A stretch of DNA of 60,958 nucleotides from an uncultured Cytophagia bacterium (GTDB lineage Bacteria; Zhuqueibacterota; Zhuqueibacteria; Thermofontimicrobiales; Thiofontviventaceae): positions 1 to 60,958 of the forward strand of contig CAZCJL010000030.1 of the NCBI GenBank assembly GCA_964498785.1, read 5' to 3'. The notes beneath the pieces are model-generated. The model was not told the origin of the DNA and searched no databases. It was given only the letters and a program-made list of their open reading frames with translations. The position numbers and the translations under genes were made by a program. Positions 1 through 9,891 of this stretch are shown here, piece by piece (the first letter of the stretch is position 1; the number at the start of each line of letters is the position of its first letter).

Positions 1-320
1 TGTTTAAATACGACATCGCGGCAAGCGCCCATATCTACCATAAAATATTGAGAAGGTACTTAAAAATTGTTAAAAATTAAATAAAATTATATTATTATAT
101 TGACAATTGTCATTTTATTTTGTAATATTTATCAATGAGAGATTGAATTAATACTTAACCTGATTTGAATCAACTGAACATTTTTCCATGAAGAACTCAC
201 ATCGCCATCCTTCTCTGATTGAATAATATCTGGTTGTGGAACATTATTGCGACCATGCACTCACCTCACATCTCTCAATTATCGCAAAAAATATTTCCTA
301 ATTTAAGAAAGGCCAGTATC

Positions 321-3300
321 ATGAAAAACCGTTTGTTTCTATTTTGTTGGCTCATATTCGGGCTCACAATCGGGGGCTTCGTGAACTCCATTGGGAATGC
401 AGCTCCAATTAAAGTCGTTATAATTGATGCCGACGACATTTCCGATGATATTGCCAATGGCTTTCGTGAAGTGTTCAGTTCGAACGGCTGCATAACAACG
501 ATTATCCAGAGAAATGACGTAATTAGTTTCGAATTCTCTGTGTATGATATTATTGTCATCAGTCCGGCCAATTACTCTGCCTGGCAGAATTATTCCGCAA
601 TCCCGGATTCAATCTATGCAAGCTCCAAACCAATTATTGGTTTGGGAAAGGCCGGATATTATCTTTTTGGTATCAATAATTTACCCATCGGAAATCCGCA
701 GGGAATGCACATATCGAATGACAGCACAGTATTACTCAAATCAACCGGACCCTATTATGATTTTCCGAATATTATTCCCATTCCTGCTGACAGTACAGTG
801 ACATTGTATACGAGCGCTCACCGGGTAGGCATTCATTATCCGGAGCCTGTAGCCGGTGTAAATCCCATCGGCATGGGTAAAAAGTACGGAGGCTATCTCT
901 ACATCGCGACTTTTGAAAATCGGTTTTTACTCTGGGGATATAATGAATCCGCGGACTCATTAACAAACATTGGCAATGACCTGCTGATGAACCTGGTTTA
1001 TTACATGGCCGGTCGTACTCCGGCAGATGCCCCGCCGGATCACTGGGATTTTAAATCCGGCACAGGGAATTATGCGACTGTCGTTATTCCCTCGGCAATC
1101 CAGCCGGCAATTGGCAGCGAATTGCTGGAATCGGGTGATTTCATCGGCGCATTTACCCCGGACAATGTATGCGCCGGATGGATCGAATGGCAAAATGTAA
1201 ACGCTGCGCTTTCTGTCTGGGGAGATAACAATCAAACTCCGGACATCGACGGCTTTCGCGTCGACGAGCAAATTAGCTACCGCATTTTCCAAACGCAAAC
1301 ACAGCAAGAATTTACAGATGTTGTTGCAGCGTACGCCCAGGGCGACGGTTTGTATGCAAACAATGCGTTTATGATTCTCAGCCAGTTAAACGCGCTTGCA
1401 CCAGGATTATCCGTACTTTTTGTCCCGGCAGATACGCTTGATTTTGCCCCGAACATCACAACTCTCTCATTCCCGCTGGAAAATCATGGGAGTGGTGAAC
1501 TTATCTGGAGTGCAGCCGCGCAACCGGAAAAACCATGGCTCGTCGCTATCGATCCTTCCAATGGCATCGGAAATGCCGAAATCCAGGTAACTGTTGACCA
1601 CCAGCAGTTAACTGTGCCAGCAGATACAACAGATATTATCATTCAATCGAACGGCGGAACCGGACAAATCACCGTCATTATTCGTCAATCTACTGAATTG
1701 CCACCGCACTGGGATTTTCCATCTCAAACCGGAAACAACGCCACCGTAATTATACCTGCGGAAATACAGCCAACCGTGGATGGCGCTCCACTTCTCCTGA
1801 ACGATTATATTGGCGTGTTTACACCGTCGGGCCTGTGTTGTGGCTGGCGCCAGTGGAATGGTGAAAATCTTGGGATCACTATTTGGGGAGATGATGACCA
1901 GACGCCGGAAATTGATGGATTTCAAACCGGCGAATTAATGTTCTATCGGGTATTTCGATCATCTGTTTCAAGAGAATGGACGAATATCGAAGTGGCATAT
2001 TCACAAGGAAATGGCAGGTACTCGACAAATACAATTTTTATCCTCGGGATGTTTCATACATTTGTAACAGAAATTCCGTTTCTTTATGTCGAACCGGACA
2101 CATTAAATTTCGGGACGACGACAGACACGATGATGTTTCACATCGAAAATCATGGCAGCGGGGTACTTGAATGGAGCCTGACCCGTTCTTTTGAGAAATC
2201 CTGGCTGACAGACATCAGCCCGGAAAATGGAACAGGCGATACTGAAGTTTGGGTTGTTGTGGACAGGCAATATCTTACCGAACCGGCCGATACCGCTAAA
2301 ATCATCATCAATTCAAGTGGCGGAAACGGAGAGGTAATTTTATTCATTGAAAAACCGTCAGATGATTTCCCGGATCACTGGGAATATAAGCCGAATACCG
2401 GTAACAATGCAACCGTAATAATACCTGCGGAAACAGAGCCAACTGTAGATGGCGCTGCCCTTCTTATGAACGATTATATCGGCGTGTTTACACAGGCCGG
2501 ATTATGCTGTGGCTGGCGGCAGTGGACTGGTGAAAATCTTGGTATCACTATTTGGGGTGACGACGACCAGACACCGGAAATTGATGGATTTCAAACCGGC
2601 GAATTAATGTTCTATCGGGTATTTCGATCATCTGTTTCAAGAGAATGGACGAATATCGAAGTGGCATATTCACAGGGAAACGGTCTGTACTCCACGAATA
2701 CAATTTTTATCCTCGGAATGTTTCATACATTCGTAACAGAAATTCCGTTACTTTATGTCGAACCGGACACACTAAATTTCGGAACGACGACAGACACAAT
2801 GATGTTTCACATCGAAAACCATGGCAGCGTGGTGCTTGAATGGAGCCTGACCCGTGCTTTTGAGAAAGCCTGGCTGACAGAGATTATCCCTGAAAGTGGA
2901 ACAGGCGATACTGAAGTTCGGGTTGTTACGGACCGGCAGTTTCTTACTGATCCGGCAGATACGGCTAAAATCATCATCAATTCAAATGGCGGGAATGGAG
3001 AGGTAATTTTATTCATTGAAAAACCGTCAGATGATTTCCCGGATCACTGGAGATTTAAACCAAATACAGGGAATAACGTAACTGTGGTGCTGCCAACAAC
3101 GGCGAATCCAAATATTGATAGCGCTCCGTTATTGACAGGTGATATTATCGGCGTATTTACTCCGGCAGGTTTGTGTTGTGGCCATGCAGCCTGGAATCAT
3201 GAAAATATCGCGATTGCTGTTTGGGGGGATAATCCGCAATCACCAGACATTGATGGATTTCAGTCACAGGAGCAACTGTACTATCGCGTCTTTCGTCCGG

Positions 3301-3731
3301 CAACTGCCTGTGAATGGACGTCAGCGAACGTTGAATACTCACAGGGAACCGGATTGTACGAGGCGAATCAATTTATGGTAATCAACCGATTTGATGTGAT
3401 CACAACATCGGTTGCTCAGGCGCAGGAAATAGCCCGACCGCAGTGCGTTCAATTACAGCAAAATTATCCGAATCCGTTTAATGCACAAACGACCATTCGC
3501 TATGATATTATCGAATCTGCAAATGTTGATATAATGATTATGGATATTCGCGGTGCAGTTGTTCGCCAGTGGAATTTTCAGAATCAAGCAACAGGTTCGC
3601 ATCAGGTTATCTGGAATGGCAGGGATCAAAATGAAGCAAATGTTGCGTCCGGAGTCTATTTTTGCAGATTATCCGTTCGCAATATGAACAGCAATACTCA
3701 AATAATTCGAAAGCTGATATTTTTAAAATAG
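321..3731 (+). CDS. Giant modular secreted surface protein: signal peptide, ~270-aa N-terminal domain, four tandem ~223-aa repeat units (a CC-motif module plus a BACON/Ig-like module), and a T9SS C-terminal sorting domain. The ORF track begins at TTG 219; ATG 321 is preferred.
   Basis: MKNRLFLFCWLIFGLTIGGFV signal peptide after a Shine-Dalgarno-like AAGAAAGG. The unit HW.F...TGN.ATV.P......G..L...D.IG.FTP.GLCCGW..W..N..I..WGDD.QTP.IDGF......YRVF......EWT...V.YSQG.GLY occurs four times. The C-terminus NYPNPFNAQTTIRYDI...GVYFCRL...RKLIFLK matches the Por_Secre_tail pattern. Confidence 0.8.
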   Translation: MKNRLFLFCWLIFGLTIGGFVNSIGNAAPIKVVIIDADDISDDIANGFREVFSSNGCITTIIQRNDVISFEFSVYDIIVISPANYSAWQNYSAIPDSIYASSKPIIGLGKAGYYLFGINNLPIGNPQGMHISNDSTVLLKSTGPYYDFPNIIPIPADSTVTLYTSAHRVGIHYPEPVAGVNPIGMGKKYGGYLYIATFENRFLLWGYNESADSLTNIGNDLLMNLVYYMAGRTPADAPPDHWDFKSGTGNYATVVIPSAIQPAIGSELLESGDFIGAFTPDNVCAGWIEWQNVNAALSVWGDNNQTPDIDGFRVDEQISYRIFQTQTQQEFTDVVAAYAQGDGLYANNAFMILSQLNALAPGLSVLFVPADTLDFAPNITTLSFPLENHGSGELIWSAAAQPEKPWLVAIDPSNGIGNAEIQVTVDHQQLTVPADTTDIIIQSNGGTGQITVIIRQSTELPPHWDFPSQTGNNATVIIPAEIQPTVDGAPLLLNDYIGVFTPSGLCCGWRQWNGENLGITIWGDDDQTPEIDGFQTGELMFYRVFRSSVSREWTNIEVAYSQGNGRYSTNTIFILGMFHTFVTEIPFLYVEPDTLNFGTTTDTMMFHIENHGSGVLEWSLTRSFEKSWLTDISPENGTGDTEVWVVVDRQYLTEPADTAKIIINSSGGNGEVILFIEKPSDDFPDHWEYKPNTGNNATVIIPAETEPTVDGAALLMNDYIGVFTQAGLCCGWRQWTGENLGITIWGDDDQTPEIDGFQTGELMFYRVFRSSVSREWTNIEVAYSQGNGLYSTNTIFILGMFHTFVTEIPLLYVEPDTLNFGTTTDTMMFHIENHGSVVLEWSLTRAFEKAWLTEIIPESGTGDTEVRVVTDRQFLTDPADTAKIIINSNGGNGEVILFIEKPSDDFPDHWRFKPNTGNNVTVVLPTTANPNIDSAPLLTGDIIGVFTPAGLCCGHAAWNHENIAIAVWGDNPQSPDIDGFQSQEQLYYRVFRPATACEWTSANVEYSQGTGLYEANQFMVINRFDVITTSVAQAQEIARPQCVQLQQNYPNPFNAQTTIRYDIIESANVDIMIMDIRGAVVRQWNFQNQATGSHQVIWNGRDQNEANVASGVYFCRLSVRNMNSNTQIIRKLIFLK
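1035..3710 (+). repeat. Intragenic tandem repeat, four units of ~669 bp. Units 2 (about 1705..2373) and 3 (about 2374..3042) are ~90 percent identical at protein level and near-identical at DNA level.
   Basis: The unit starts DHWDFKSGTGN / PHWDFPSQTGNN / DHWEYKPNTGNN / DHWRFKPNTGNN lie 670, 669 and 669 nt apart. The duplicated spurious ORFs 1976..2170 and 2645..2839 have near-identical translations. Confidence 0.85.
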
Positions 3732-3858
3732 AAATTTTAATCAACTAGTAGCTCCCGGCTATTAGCCGTCAGCCTTTCATAATCATAAAGGAATAACGCT
3801 AAGAGCCAATAGCGAATGGCTAACAGCCGAATAATTTAAAAAGGAGGTTTGATTCATC

Positions 3859-5400
3859 ATGAAACAAAAACGTATTTCATCAATAATGTTGTATGTAATC
3901 CCATTTATTCTGTTGGGATTCATCAGTGTCTCTCTGGCGACACCTGTCTACATCCAGAACTTTTCTGATTTTCCGAAATATCCCTATAATACATCCGCTT
4001 ATATGTCCGGAGGTCGATATGTCGGGTGCGGTCCCACGACAGGCGCCATGATTTTGGGATATTTCCATCATGTGGAAGGGATGTCCAGTTCCACCGGTTT
4101 GCTAACAAGTCCGGTGACCGGCGTCAATGAGGGTCTGAATACCGCCTGGGCGCTGCATGGTTCTGGCTATATGAGCACAAATTCCAGTGGTTTTGGCTCG
4201 CCTTACGATATTGAACCGGGAATGGAAGATTATGCAGCGGATCGAGGCTACGAAATCGATGTATTGATTCATGTGTCGCCGATTTATGATCCCAGCTCTA
4301 CGACGTGGGATGCCTATGGGCCGTATGGCACATCCTGGTTAAATGATGGTGATTTCTGGATTCAACATACCGATGGCACATGGGATTTCGACAAAGCTAA
4401 ATTCTGTGATTTTGTCGCGCCCAAACTCGCAAACGGAGTTACTGTTTTTCTGGCAATCGATACAGACCTTGATGGCGGTGGTGATCATTGGGTTCCGCTA
4501 GTGGGTTATGATCGAGCGACTTACAAATATTATTTCTATGATACTTACAGCACAACCTTGCGGTCAGCAGATATTCACTATTGCGGCGCTACAGGTCCCA
4601 AGAAAGATAACGCGATTTCATTTGTGCGCACTGTTACTTACGTCGGCCCGGCCGGTTCCGACGTCAATCCACCACGAGATATTGTTGCTCTTAGCGGTTA
4701 CAACGGCTCGGTTCCTCTTGCCTGGAATGTACCATCCGGCACAAGCCGTTCACTTGCAAGACCGGCTGTCATTTCCCCGGAATCAGAAAATGCACCTAAA
4801 GAATTTGATATAATTCCCGAAGACCAAAATCACAATCCGTTCAGTTCAATCCTGCAATGGACAGAACAACCCTACTCAGTCGATGAAGTCCCTGGTGGAC
4901 AGGAGACAACGCGGTCCATGGCTTTTCTTGGTTATAATGTATATCGAAGTACTTCGTCCGGCGGACCATTTACTAAAATTGCCAATCAGATAACCCGGCA
5001 ATACTATCTCGATAACGGCGCCGGAATTAACGCCACACGTTATTATCGGGTTACAGCCGTTTATAACGAAGGAGAAAGCTCTCCCACGAGCACTGTAAGC
5101 GCAACAACAGTGAATGATGGCTATCATATCGAAGCGGGTTGGGCGAATTCTCCGCCAAGCATAAACGGAGTTGTGGAAACCAGTGAATGGAATAATGCAA
5201 CTCAGGTAAATATTACATATCCGGGCTATTCGGGAACAGTAACGCTTTATGTTATGAATGATGCAAATAATCTGTATCTCGCCGTTCATGATGGCCGTGA
5301 CAATAGTCAGGAAAATCTCGATCAGTTCGCGCTGTTCTTTGATGAAAATATTAACAGAGAATGGCCATCTTCGTCTACCAATGAAGAAGGAGTGATTTAG
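3859..5400 (+). CDS. N-terminal part of a large secreted protein: signal peptide, C39-like papain-fold cysteine peptidase domain, fibronectin-III domain, and the start of a CBM9/DOMON-like beta-sandwich. It ends at an in-frame TAG (5398..5400) inside that beta-sandwich, and the frame stays open to 7953.
   Basis: Strong Shine-Dalgarno AAAAAGGAGG. MKQKRISSIMLYVIPFILLGFISVSLA signal. VGCGPTTGAMILGYF (Cys motif) and GGDHWVPLVGYD (His motif) fit the peptidase_C39-like family. YNVYRSTSSGGPF...YYRVTAVYNEGESSPTS is a fibronectin-III domain. Confidence 0.7.
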   Translation: MKQKRISSIMLYVIPFILLGFISVSLATPVYIQNFSDFPKYPYNTSAYMSGGRYVGCGPTTGAMILGYFHHVEGMSSSTGLLTSPVTGVNEGLNTAWALHGSGYMSTNSSGFGSPYDIEPGMEDYAADRGYEIDVLIHVSPIYDPSSTTWDAYGPYGTSWLNDGDFWIQHTDGTWDFDKAKFCDFVAPKLANGVTVFLAIDTDLDGGGDHWVPLVGYDRATYKYYFYDTYSTTLRSADIHYCGATGPKKDNAISFVRTVTYVGPAGSDVNPPRDIVALSGYNGSVPLAWNVPSGTSRSLARPAVISPESENAPKEFDIIPEDQNHNPFSSILQWTEQPYSVDEVPGGQETTRSMAFLGYNVYRSTSSGGPFTKIANQITRQYYLDNGAGINATRYYRVTAVYNEGESSPTSTVSATTVNDGYHIEAGWANSPPSINGVVETSEWNNATQVNITYPGYSGTVTLYVMNDANNLYLAVHDGRDNSQENLDQFALFFDENINREWPSSSTNEEGVI

Positions 5401-5517
5401 ATCGCATGGAATAGCAGTGAGAGCCAATCCTTTAGTGTCTGGGGAGGTCGTTATGGATATTGGCCGGATCATATTGGCCTGGCAACCAATGTCACAACGC
5501 CGGGAGTCACTCACGGT

Positions 5518-7953
5518 ATGTCGCGTGCGTCCGTTTATGTTGAATACGAGGGGACATACAATCTTTCTTCGAGTCCGATAAATGGCAGTCCGGGTTCCAA
5601 AATTGGGATTCTGGCGTTTACCTATGATTACGACGTGGAATATTTCAATGCATTCTGGCCGCAGGAAGCCGTGCGCCTGGGTGCAATTACTTCGAATCCT
5701 CATAGCTGGGGCACAGCGCCGTTCAGTTTCGGGAACTTAATCCTGGCGACAGAACCTGCCGCTACGAATCCAGATATTGCTGTAAATCCATCAACATGGA
5801 ATTATGGCGATGTCAATGTGGGAAGCTCCAAAGATCAGGTTTTTCAGGTGCGAAATGAAGGAGATGCGACGCTGTCAATCACCAGTATTTCACTCGTTGG
5901 GGATGCATCCAGTTTTCAGGTAATCTCCGGCGGTAGCGCAACCAGTCTGCCTCCTAACGGCACACACAATGTTACTGTACGGTTCCAACCCATCAGTTCC
6001 GGAACCAAATCGGTACAAGCCCGAATTTACAGCAACGATCCTGACGAAAATCCATTTACAGTAACATTGACTGGTCGTGGCGTCACTGTTCAGCCGCCGG
6101 TATTGCACGTTACTCCCACAACTCTCAATTTTGGGGCGTCACTGAATTCACTGACTTTTGACATCAGCAACAGCGGTGAAGGCACGTTAACCTGGACAGT
6201 CCAGGAAATACCGGACAAGCCATGGATCACTTCTGTGAGTCCCTCTTCTGGTACGAATAGCGGAACCGTGACTGTAAACGTGAATCGGGCTCAGTTGACT
6301 CCATCCAGCGATGCCGGGCTTATTCATGTAGAGTCCAACGGAGGGGATCAGGATGTGGTTGTAAATATTTCCAAATCAAGCATTCCGCTACCGGGACACT
6401 GGACATTTACCGAAAACACCGGCAACAGCGCCACCATCGTTATTCCCACTACCGCGAATCCAAATATTGACGGAACCCCGCTGCAAAACGGGGATTACAT
6501 CGGCCTGTTTACACCGGCAGGATTATGCTGCGGCTGGAAAGTCTGGCAAGGTAGCAATATGTCTATAACAGCCTGGGGCGATGATAATCAGACGCCTGCT
6601 GTGGACGGCATCCGTTCCGGCGAACTCCTTCATTATCGGGTCTGGCGCGAAATTCTTGGCAAAGAATGGACATTCGTTGAAGTGGATTACAGTCAGGGAA
6701 CTGGTTTGTATGCTGCCAACGCGTTCATGGTGCTCAGCCGCTTCGATGTATCTGAACAGCGGTGCATCACGCTGAATTTTAATGCAGGCTGGAACATGTT
6801 CTCGCTGAATGTCGCTCCCGGCGATCCTGATATCGAAGCGGTGCTTGCATCTGTGTTAGATAAATTAGTGCTCGTAAAGGACGGTGAGGGAAATACATTC
6901 ATTCCGATGTACAGTATCAATGACATTGGCGCTGTACACACGGCAAAAGGATACCAGGCTTATTTAAATACAAGCGCTTCTCTGGAAGTTTGCGGACAAC
7001 CGATTGCACCGGACACGCCAATTCCACTTCCTTCTGGCTGGAGCTTGATCAGCTACCTGCCCGATCATCCTATGAATATCGCTACCGCACTGGCAAGTAT
7101 TCAGAGCCAGCTTGTACTTGCAAAAAACAATGAAGGTCAGACATATATCCCCATGTATGGAATTAATGATATCGGCGACATGCAACCATGCCAGGGATAT
7201 CAGGTATATTTGAACGGCGGCGCCACACTGACGTATCCGTCAACAGGTGCGCTCTCGAAAGAAATGGGCGAACGATCGGTGTCTGCTCATTTTCAATACA
7301 ATGAGCGTACCGGTGAAAATGCGACCATCGTTTTGCCGACGTCCATCCAGCCCCGTTATGCAAATGGCGCCCCGCTGGATAACGGCGATGAGATTGGCGC
7401 TTTCACGGCTGACGGACGCTGCTGCGGCGCGATTATCTGGAATTCTGATCATTGCGCCATGACGTTGTGGGGCGATAATAGCAAAACCGAGAATGTCGAT
7501 GGCGCAGTTTCCGAAGAGATGCTGCAACTCCGCGTCTGGCAAAAATCGACAAACCGTGAATATGTAGTCGCTGCGAATGCAATTGAATACCAACGCAATG
7601 GCTATATGATTCTCACCGATTTCATTGCACAATCTGCGCAGGATGTGAATCAGGCGGGCGATCTGGCCACACCCGCGTCATTCCAGTTGTGCCAGAATTA
7701 CCCCAATCCATTTAATCCTGATACACGCATTAATTTTGACATCCCACAAAAAGCAACTGTAACGCTGGCGATTTACGACCTGCAGGGCCGCCGCATACGC
7801 ACATTAATCCAGGGCGAAAAAGCAACCGGTCACTATGTGGCTGTCTGGAACAGCCGCACGGACACCGGCGAAAAAGTACCCAGCGGTGTGTATGTATACC
7901 GGTTGACTGCGGGGGATTATGTTTCCAGTAAGAAGATGATATTGTTGAAGTAA
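5518..7953 (+). CDS. C-terminal part of the same reading frame as 3859..5400 (frame is open from 5401). Contains an ASH/HYDIN-type Ig-like domain, a BACON-like domain, two CC-motif modules separated by two ~75-aa beta repeats, and a T9SS C-terminal sorting domain. It has no signal peptide or convincing ribosome-binding site of its own, so it is probably one gene with the upstream part.
   Basis: Same frame as 3859 (both 1 mod 3), with no other stop between 5401 and 7953. NPSTWNYGDVNVGSSKDQVFQVRNEGDATLSITSISLVGD...FQPISSGTKSVQARIYSNDPDENPFTVTLTGRG is ASH-like. GLCCGW and GRCCGA modules. C-terminus QNYPNPFNPDTRINFDI...GVYVYRL...KKMILLK. Confidence 0.7.
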   Translation: MSRASVYVEYEGTYNLSSSPINGSPGSKIGILAFTYDYDVEYFNAFWPQEAVRLGAITSNPHSWGTAPFSFGNLILATEPAATNPDIAVNPSTWNYGDVNVGSSKDQVFQVRNEGDATLSITSISLVGDASSFQVISGGSATSLPPNGTHNVTVRFQPISSGTKSVQARIYSNDPDENPFTVTLTGRGVTVQPPVLHVTPTTLNFGASLNSLTFDISNSGEGTLTWTVQEIPDKPWITSVSPSSGTNSGTVTVNVNRAQLTPSSDAGLIHVESNGGDQDVVVNISKSSIPLPGHWTFTENTGNSATIVIPTTANPNIDGTPLQNGDYIGLFTPAGLCCGWKVWQGSNMSITAWGDDNQTPAVDGIRSGELLHYRVWREILGKEWTFVEVDYSQGTGLYAANAFMVLSRFDVSEQRCITLNFNAGWNMFSLNVAPGDPDIEAVLASVLDKLVLVKDGEGNTFIPMYSINDIGAVHTAKGYQAYLNTSASLEVCGQPIAPDTPIPLPSGWSLISYLPDHPMNIATALASIQSQLVLAKNNEGQTYIPMYGINDIGDMQPCQGYQVYLNGGATLTYPSTGALSKEMGERSVSAHFQYNERTGENATIVLPTSIQPRYANGAPLDNGDEIGAFTADGRCCGAIIWNSDHCAMTLWGDNSKTENVDGAVSEEMLQLRVWQKSTNREYVVAANAIEYQRNGYMILTDFIAQSAQDVNQAGDLATPASFQLCQNYPNPFNPDTRINFDIPQKATVTLAIYDLQGRRIRTLIQGEKATGHYVAVWNSRTDTGEKVPSGVYVYRLTAGDYVSSKKMILLK

Positions 7954-7974
7954 AAAATACTTCCGTCAATTTTA

Positions 7975-8022
7975 CCCATCCGGCAAGCCATTCCTGTGTT
8001 GGGATGGCTTGTACGGGTGGGG
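7975..8022 (+). terminator. Imperfect long hairpin downstream of the 7953 stop; candidate terminator.
   Basis: cccatccggcaagccattcc-tgtgtt-gggatggcttgtacgggtggg, followed by gagattggcttcattttt. Confidence 0.4.
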
Positions 8023-8172
8023 AGATTGGCTTCATTTTTCAAGCACATATTCGACGCTTTAGTCTTTACGTATGATGTCTATTTTACGTCTATCTGATAT
8101 TTTCCATCTCACATTCTATTTTCCGACAACTTCCAACTCTCTCCGGCTAATCTTGTAAGTTTTTAAAATAAA

Positions 8173-8202
8173 TTGAAATCCACGTAGAACAGAAACTTAT
8201 AA
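8173..8202 (+). promoter_or_regulatory. Candidate sigma70-type promoter for the beta-helix gene: TTGAAA, 18-nt spacer, TTATAA.
   Basis: TTGAAA at 8173..8178 and TTATAA at 8197..8202, about 34 nt upstream of ATG 8236. The promoter consensus for this lineage is unknown. Confidence 0.25.
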
Positions 8203-8235
8203 ATATAAAACCTTGTCTTTCAACAGGAGGAATCT

Positions 8236-9891
8236 ATGAAAAATCAGAAATTCATTTTCACAAGTGTATTACTGGTTTTGATGACTTGTGTACTCACCGG
8301 GTTTGCGTCCACGTATTATGTGGATACGCGTCATGGGGCGGCTGATGATGGCAATCCCGGCACGATTACGCTGCCGTGGAAAACAATTAGTCATGCGGCG
8401 GAAACTGCTGGCGCGGGTGATACTGTGTTGATCCGCACAGGGCAGTACTCGGAATTCATCTATTTTGATCAATCCGGGAATGCAACAGATGGTCCCATTG
8501 TTTTTGCTGCCTATCCCGGAGAAAGGCCAGTTATCGATGGAAGCGGCGTGGCAGATGCAAATAACGGGATTGTGCTGGATAAGGATTACGTTGTAATATC
8601 AGGTCTGGAAATTTGCAACTGGAATGAAAACGGTATCTGGATTGAAAATGCGGCGTTTTTTGAAATATCCGGTTGCATTGTGCATGATGTGTTTTACGGC
8701 ATCGGAATTACCGATGGTGCACACGATTTTGTTTTCAACCGGGTTGAGGTACACAATTTTTCGCTCTATGGATTCGATGCCTCTCCATCCGGCGAAGCCA
8801 TCTGTTATAACGGCACGTTCACCGAGTGCAGCGCGCATACCGGTCGTGATCGTGACCAGAATGTTGATGGATTTGCGCTGGGCCACGGCGATCAGCATCA
8901 TTTTACATTGAATCGTTGCATAACGTACGAACTGTTCGACGGCTTTGATATCAGCGCCAGAAATACCACTTTGACCAGTTGCCTGGCGTACAATTGCTGG
9001 AATGGCTGCTATAAATTATGGCAGGATGAGGTCTCTCTTGTGAATTGCATCGGTTATAACGCTACCGGTTCTGTTGTGGAACTGGACTGGGACGGGGAAC
9101 CCGGAACAACCACGTTGATGAATTGTACCTTTTTCAATGGCGAAACCTATACCATCTGGATCGAAAATGCGGCAGATACGTTAAAAATGGCCAATTGCAT
9201 TCTCGCCGGCGGAGATAATATCATGCTGGCGTTTGAGCAATTTAGCGCACAAAATTATTTCGGTGATTATAACCTGTTCCACAATGATGATCCGGCCCGG
9301 GCAGTTGTTGTGGGATATACCGACGAATTGTCACTGGATCAATTATCTTCCGGTGAATGGAGTAATTACAGCGGTCAGGACAACCATTCGTTGGTAGCAC
9401 AGTCAAGCACCGATCTGTTCACCGATCCGACAAATGGTAATTTTCAACTGAGCGCTACAAGTCCGGCTGTGGATCAGGGGACAGATGAGAATGCACCGGG
9501 TAATGACTTTAGTGGCAAACCCAGACCATCGGGGAATGAGTTCGACATCGGCGCGTTTGAGTTTCAGCAGGAAATTGCAATTAATAGTAAACCAGTCACC
9601 CGCAATTGGCTTGAATCGCCGGTACTTCACGGGAACTTCCCGAATCCATTCAATTCAGCAACACACATTAATTACAAAGTGCCCAAAGATTCACACGTAA
9701 AAATCGTTGTCTACAATCTTCTCGGTCAACAGGTTCGGTTGCTTGTTGATGGGTTTCATCTGCGTGGTCATTATCTTATAAAATGGAATGGAGTTGATGA
9801 TTGTGGCAACTGCGCTGGAAGTGGAATTTATCTATGTGCTTTCTTTTCTGGAAACTCAACCCAAACCGCACGGCTTTTATATTTGAAATAG
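8236..9891 (+). CDS. Secreted right-handed parallel beta-helix repeat protein (pectate-lyase fold) with a T9SS C-terminal sorting domain.
   Basis: Shine-Dalgarno AGGAGG. Signal peptide MKNQKFIFTSVLLVLMTCVLTGFA. Repeated beta-helix rungs (NNGIVL..., ISGLEICN..., GCIVHDV...). C-terminus NFPNPFNSATHINYKVPKDSHVKIVVYNLLGQQVRLL...RLLYLK. Confidence 0.75.
   Translation: MKNQKFIFTSVLLVLMTCVLTGFASTYYVDTRHGAADDGNPGTITLPWKTISHAAETAGAGDTVLIRTGQYSEFIYFDQSGNATDGPIVFAAYPGERPVIDGSGVADANNGIVLDKDYVVISGLEICNWNENGIWIENAAFFEISGCIVHDVFYGIGITDGAHDFVFNRVEVHNFSLYGFDASPSGEAICYNGTFTECSAHTGRDRDQNVDGFALGHGDQHHFTLNRCITYELFDGFDISARNTTLTSCLAYNCWNGCYKLWQDEVSLVNCIGYNATGSVVELDWDGEPGTTTLMNCTFFNGETYTIWIENAADTLKMANCILAGGDNIMLAFEQFSAQNYFGDYNLFHNDDPARAVVVGYTDELSLDQLSSGEWSNYSGQDNHSLVAQSSTDLFTDPTNGNFQLSATSPAVDQGTDENAPGNDFSGKPRPSGNEFDIGAFEFQQEIAINSKPVTRNWLESPVLHGNFPNPFNSATHINYKVPKDSHVKIVVYNLLGQQVRLLVDGFHLRGHYLIKWNGVDDCGNCAGSGIYLCAFFSGNSTQTARLLYLK

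Noticed and set aside
5398-5400. The in-frame TAG read as pyrrolysine or a recoded sense codon.
   Set aside because: TAG terminates other well-supported genes in the window (ends at 3731 and 9891). No pyl genes are present. An FCB-type T9SS organism is not a known Pyl user.
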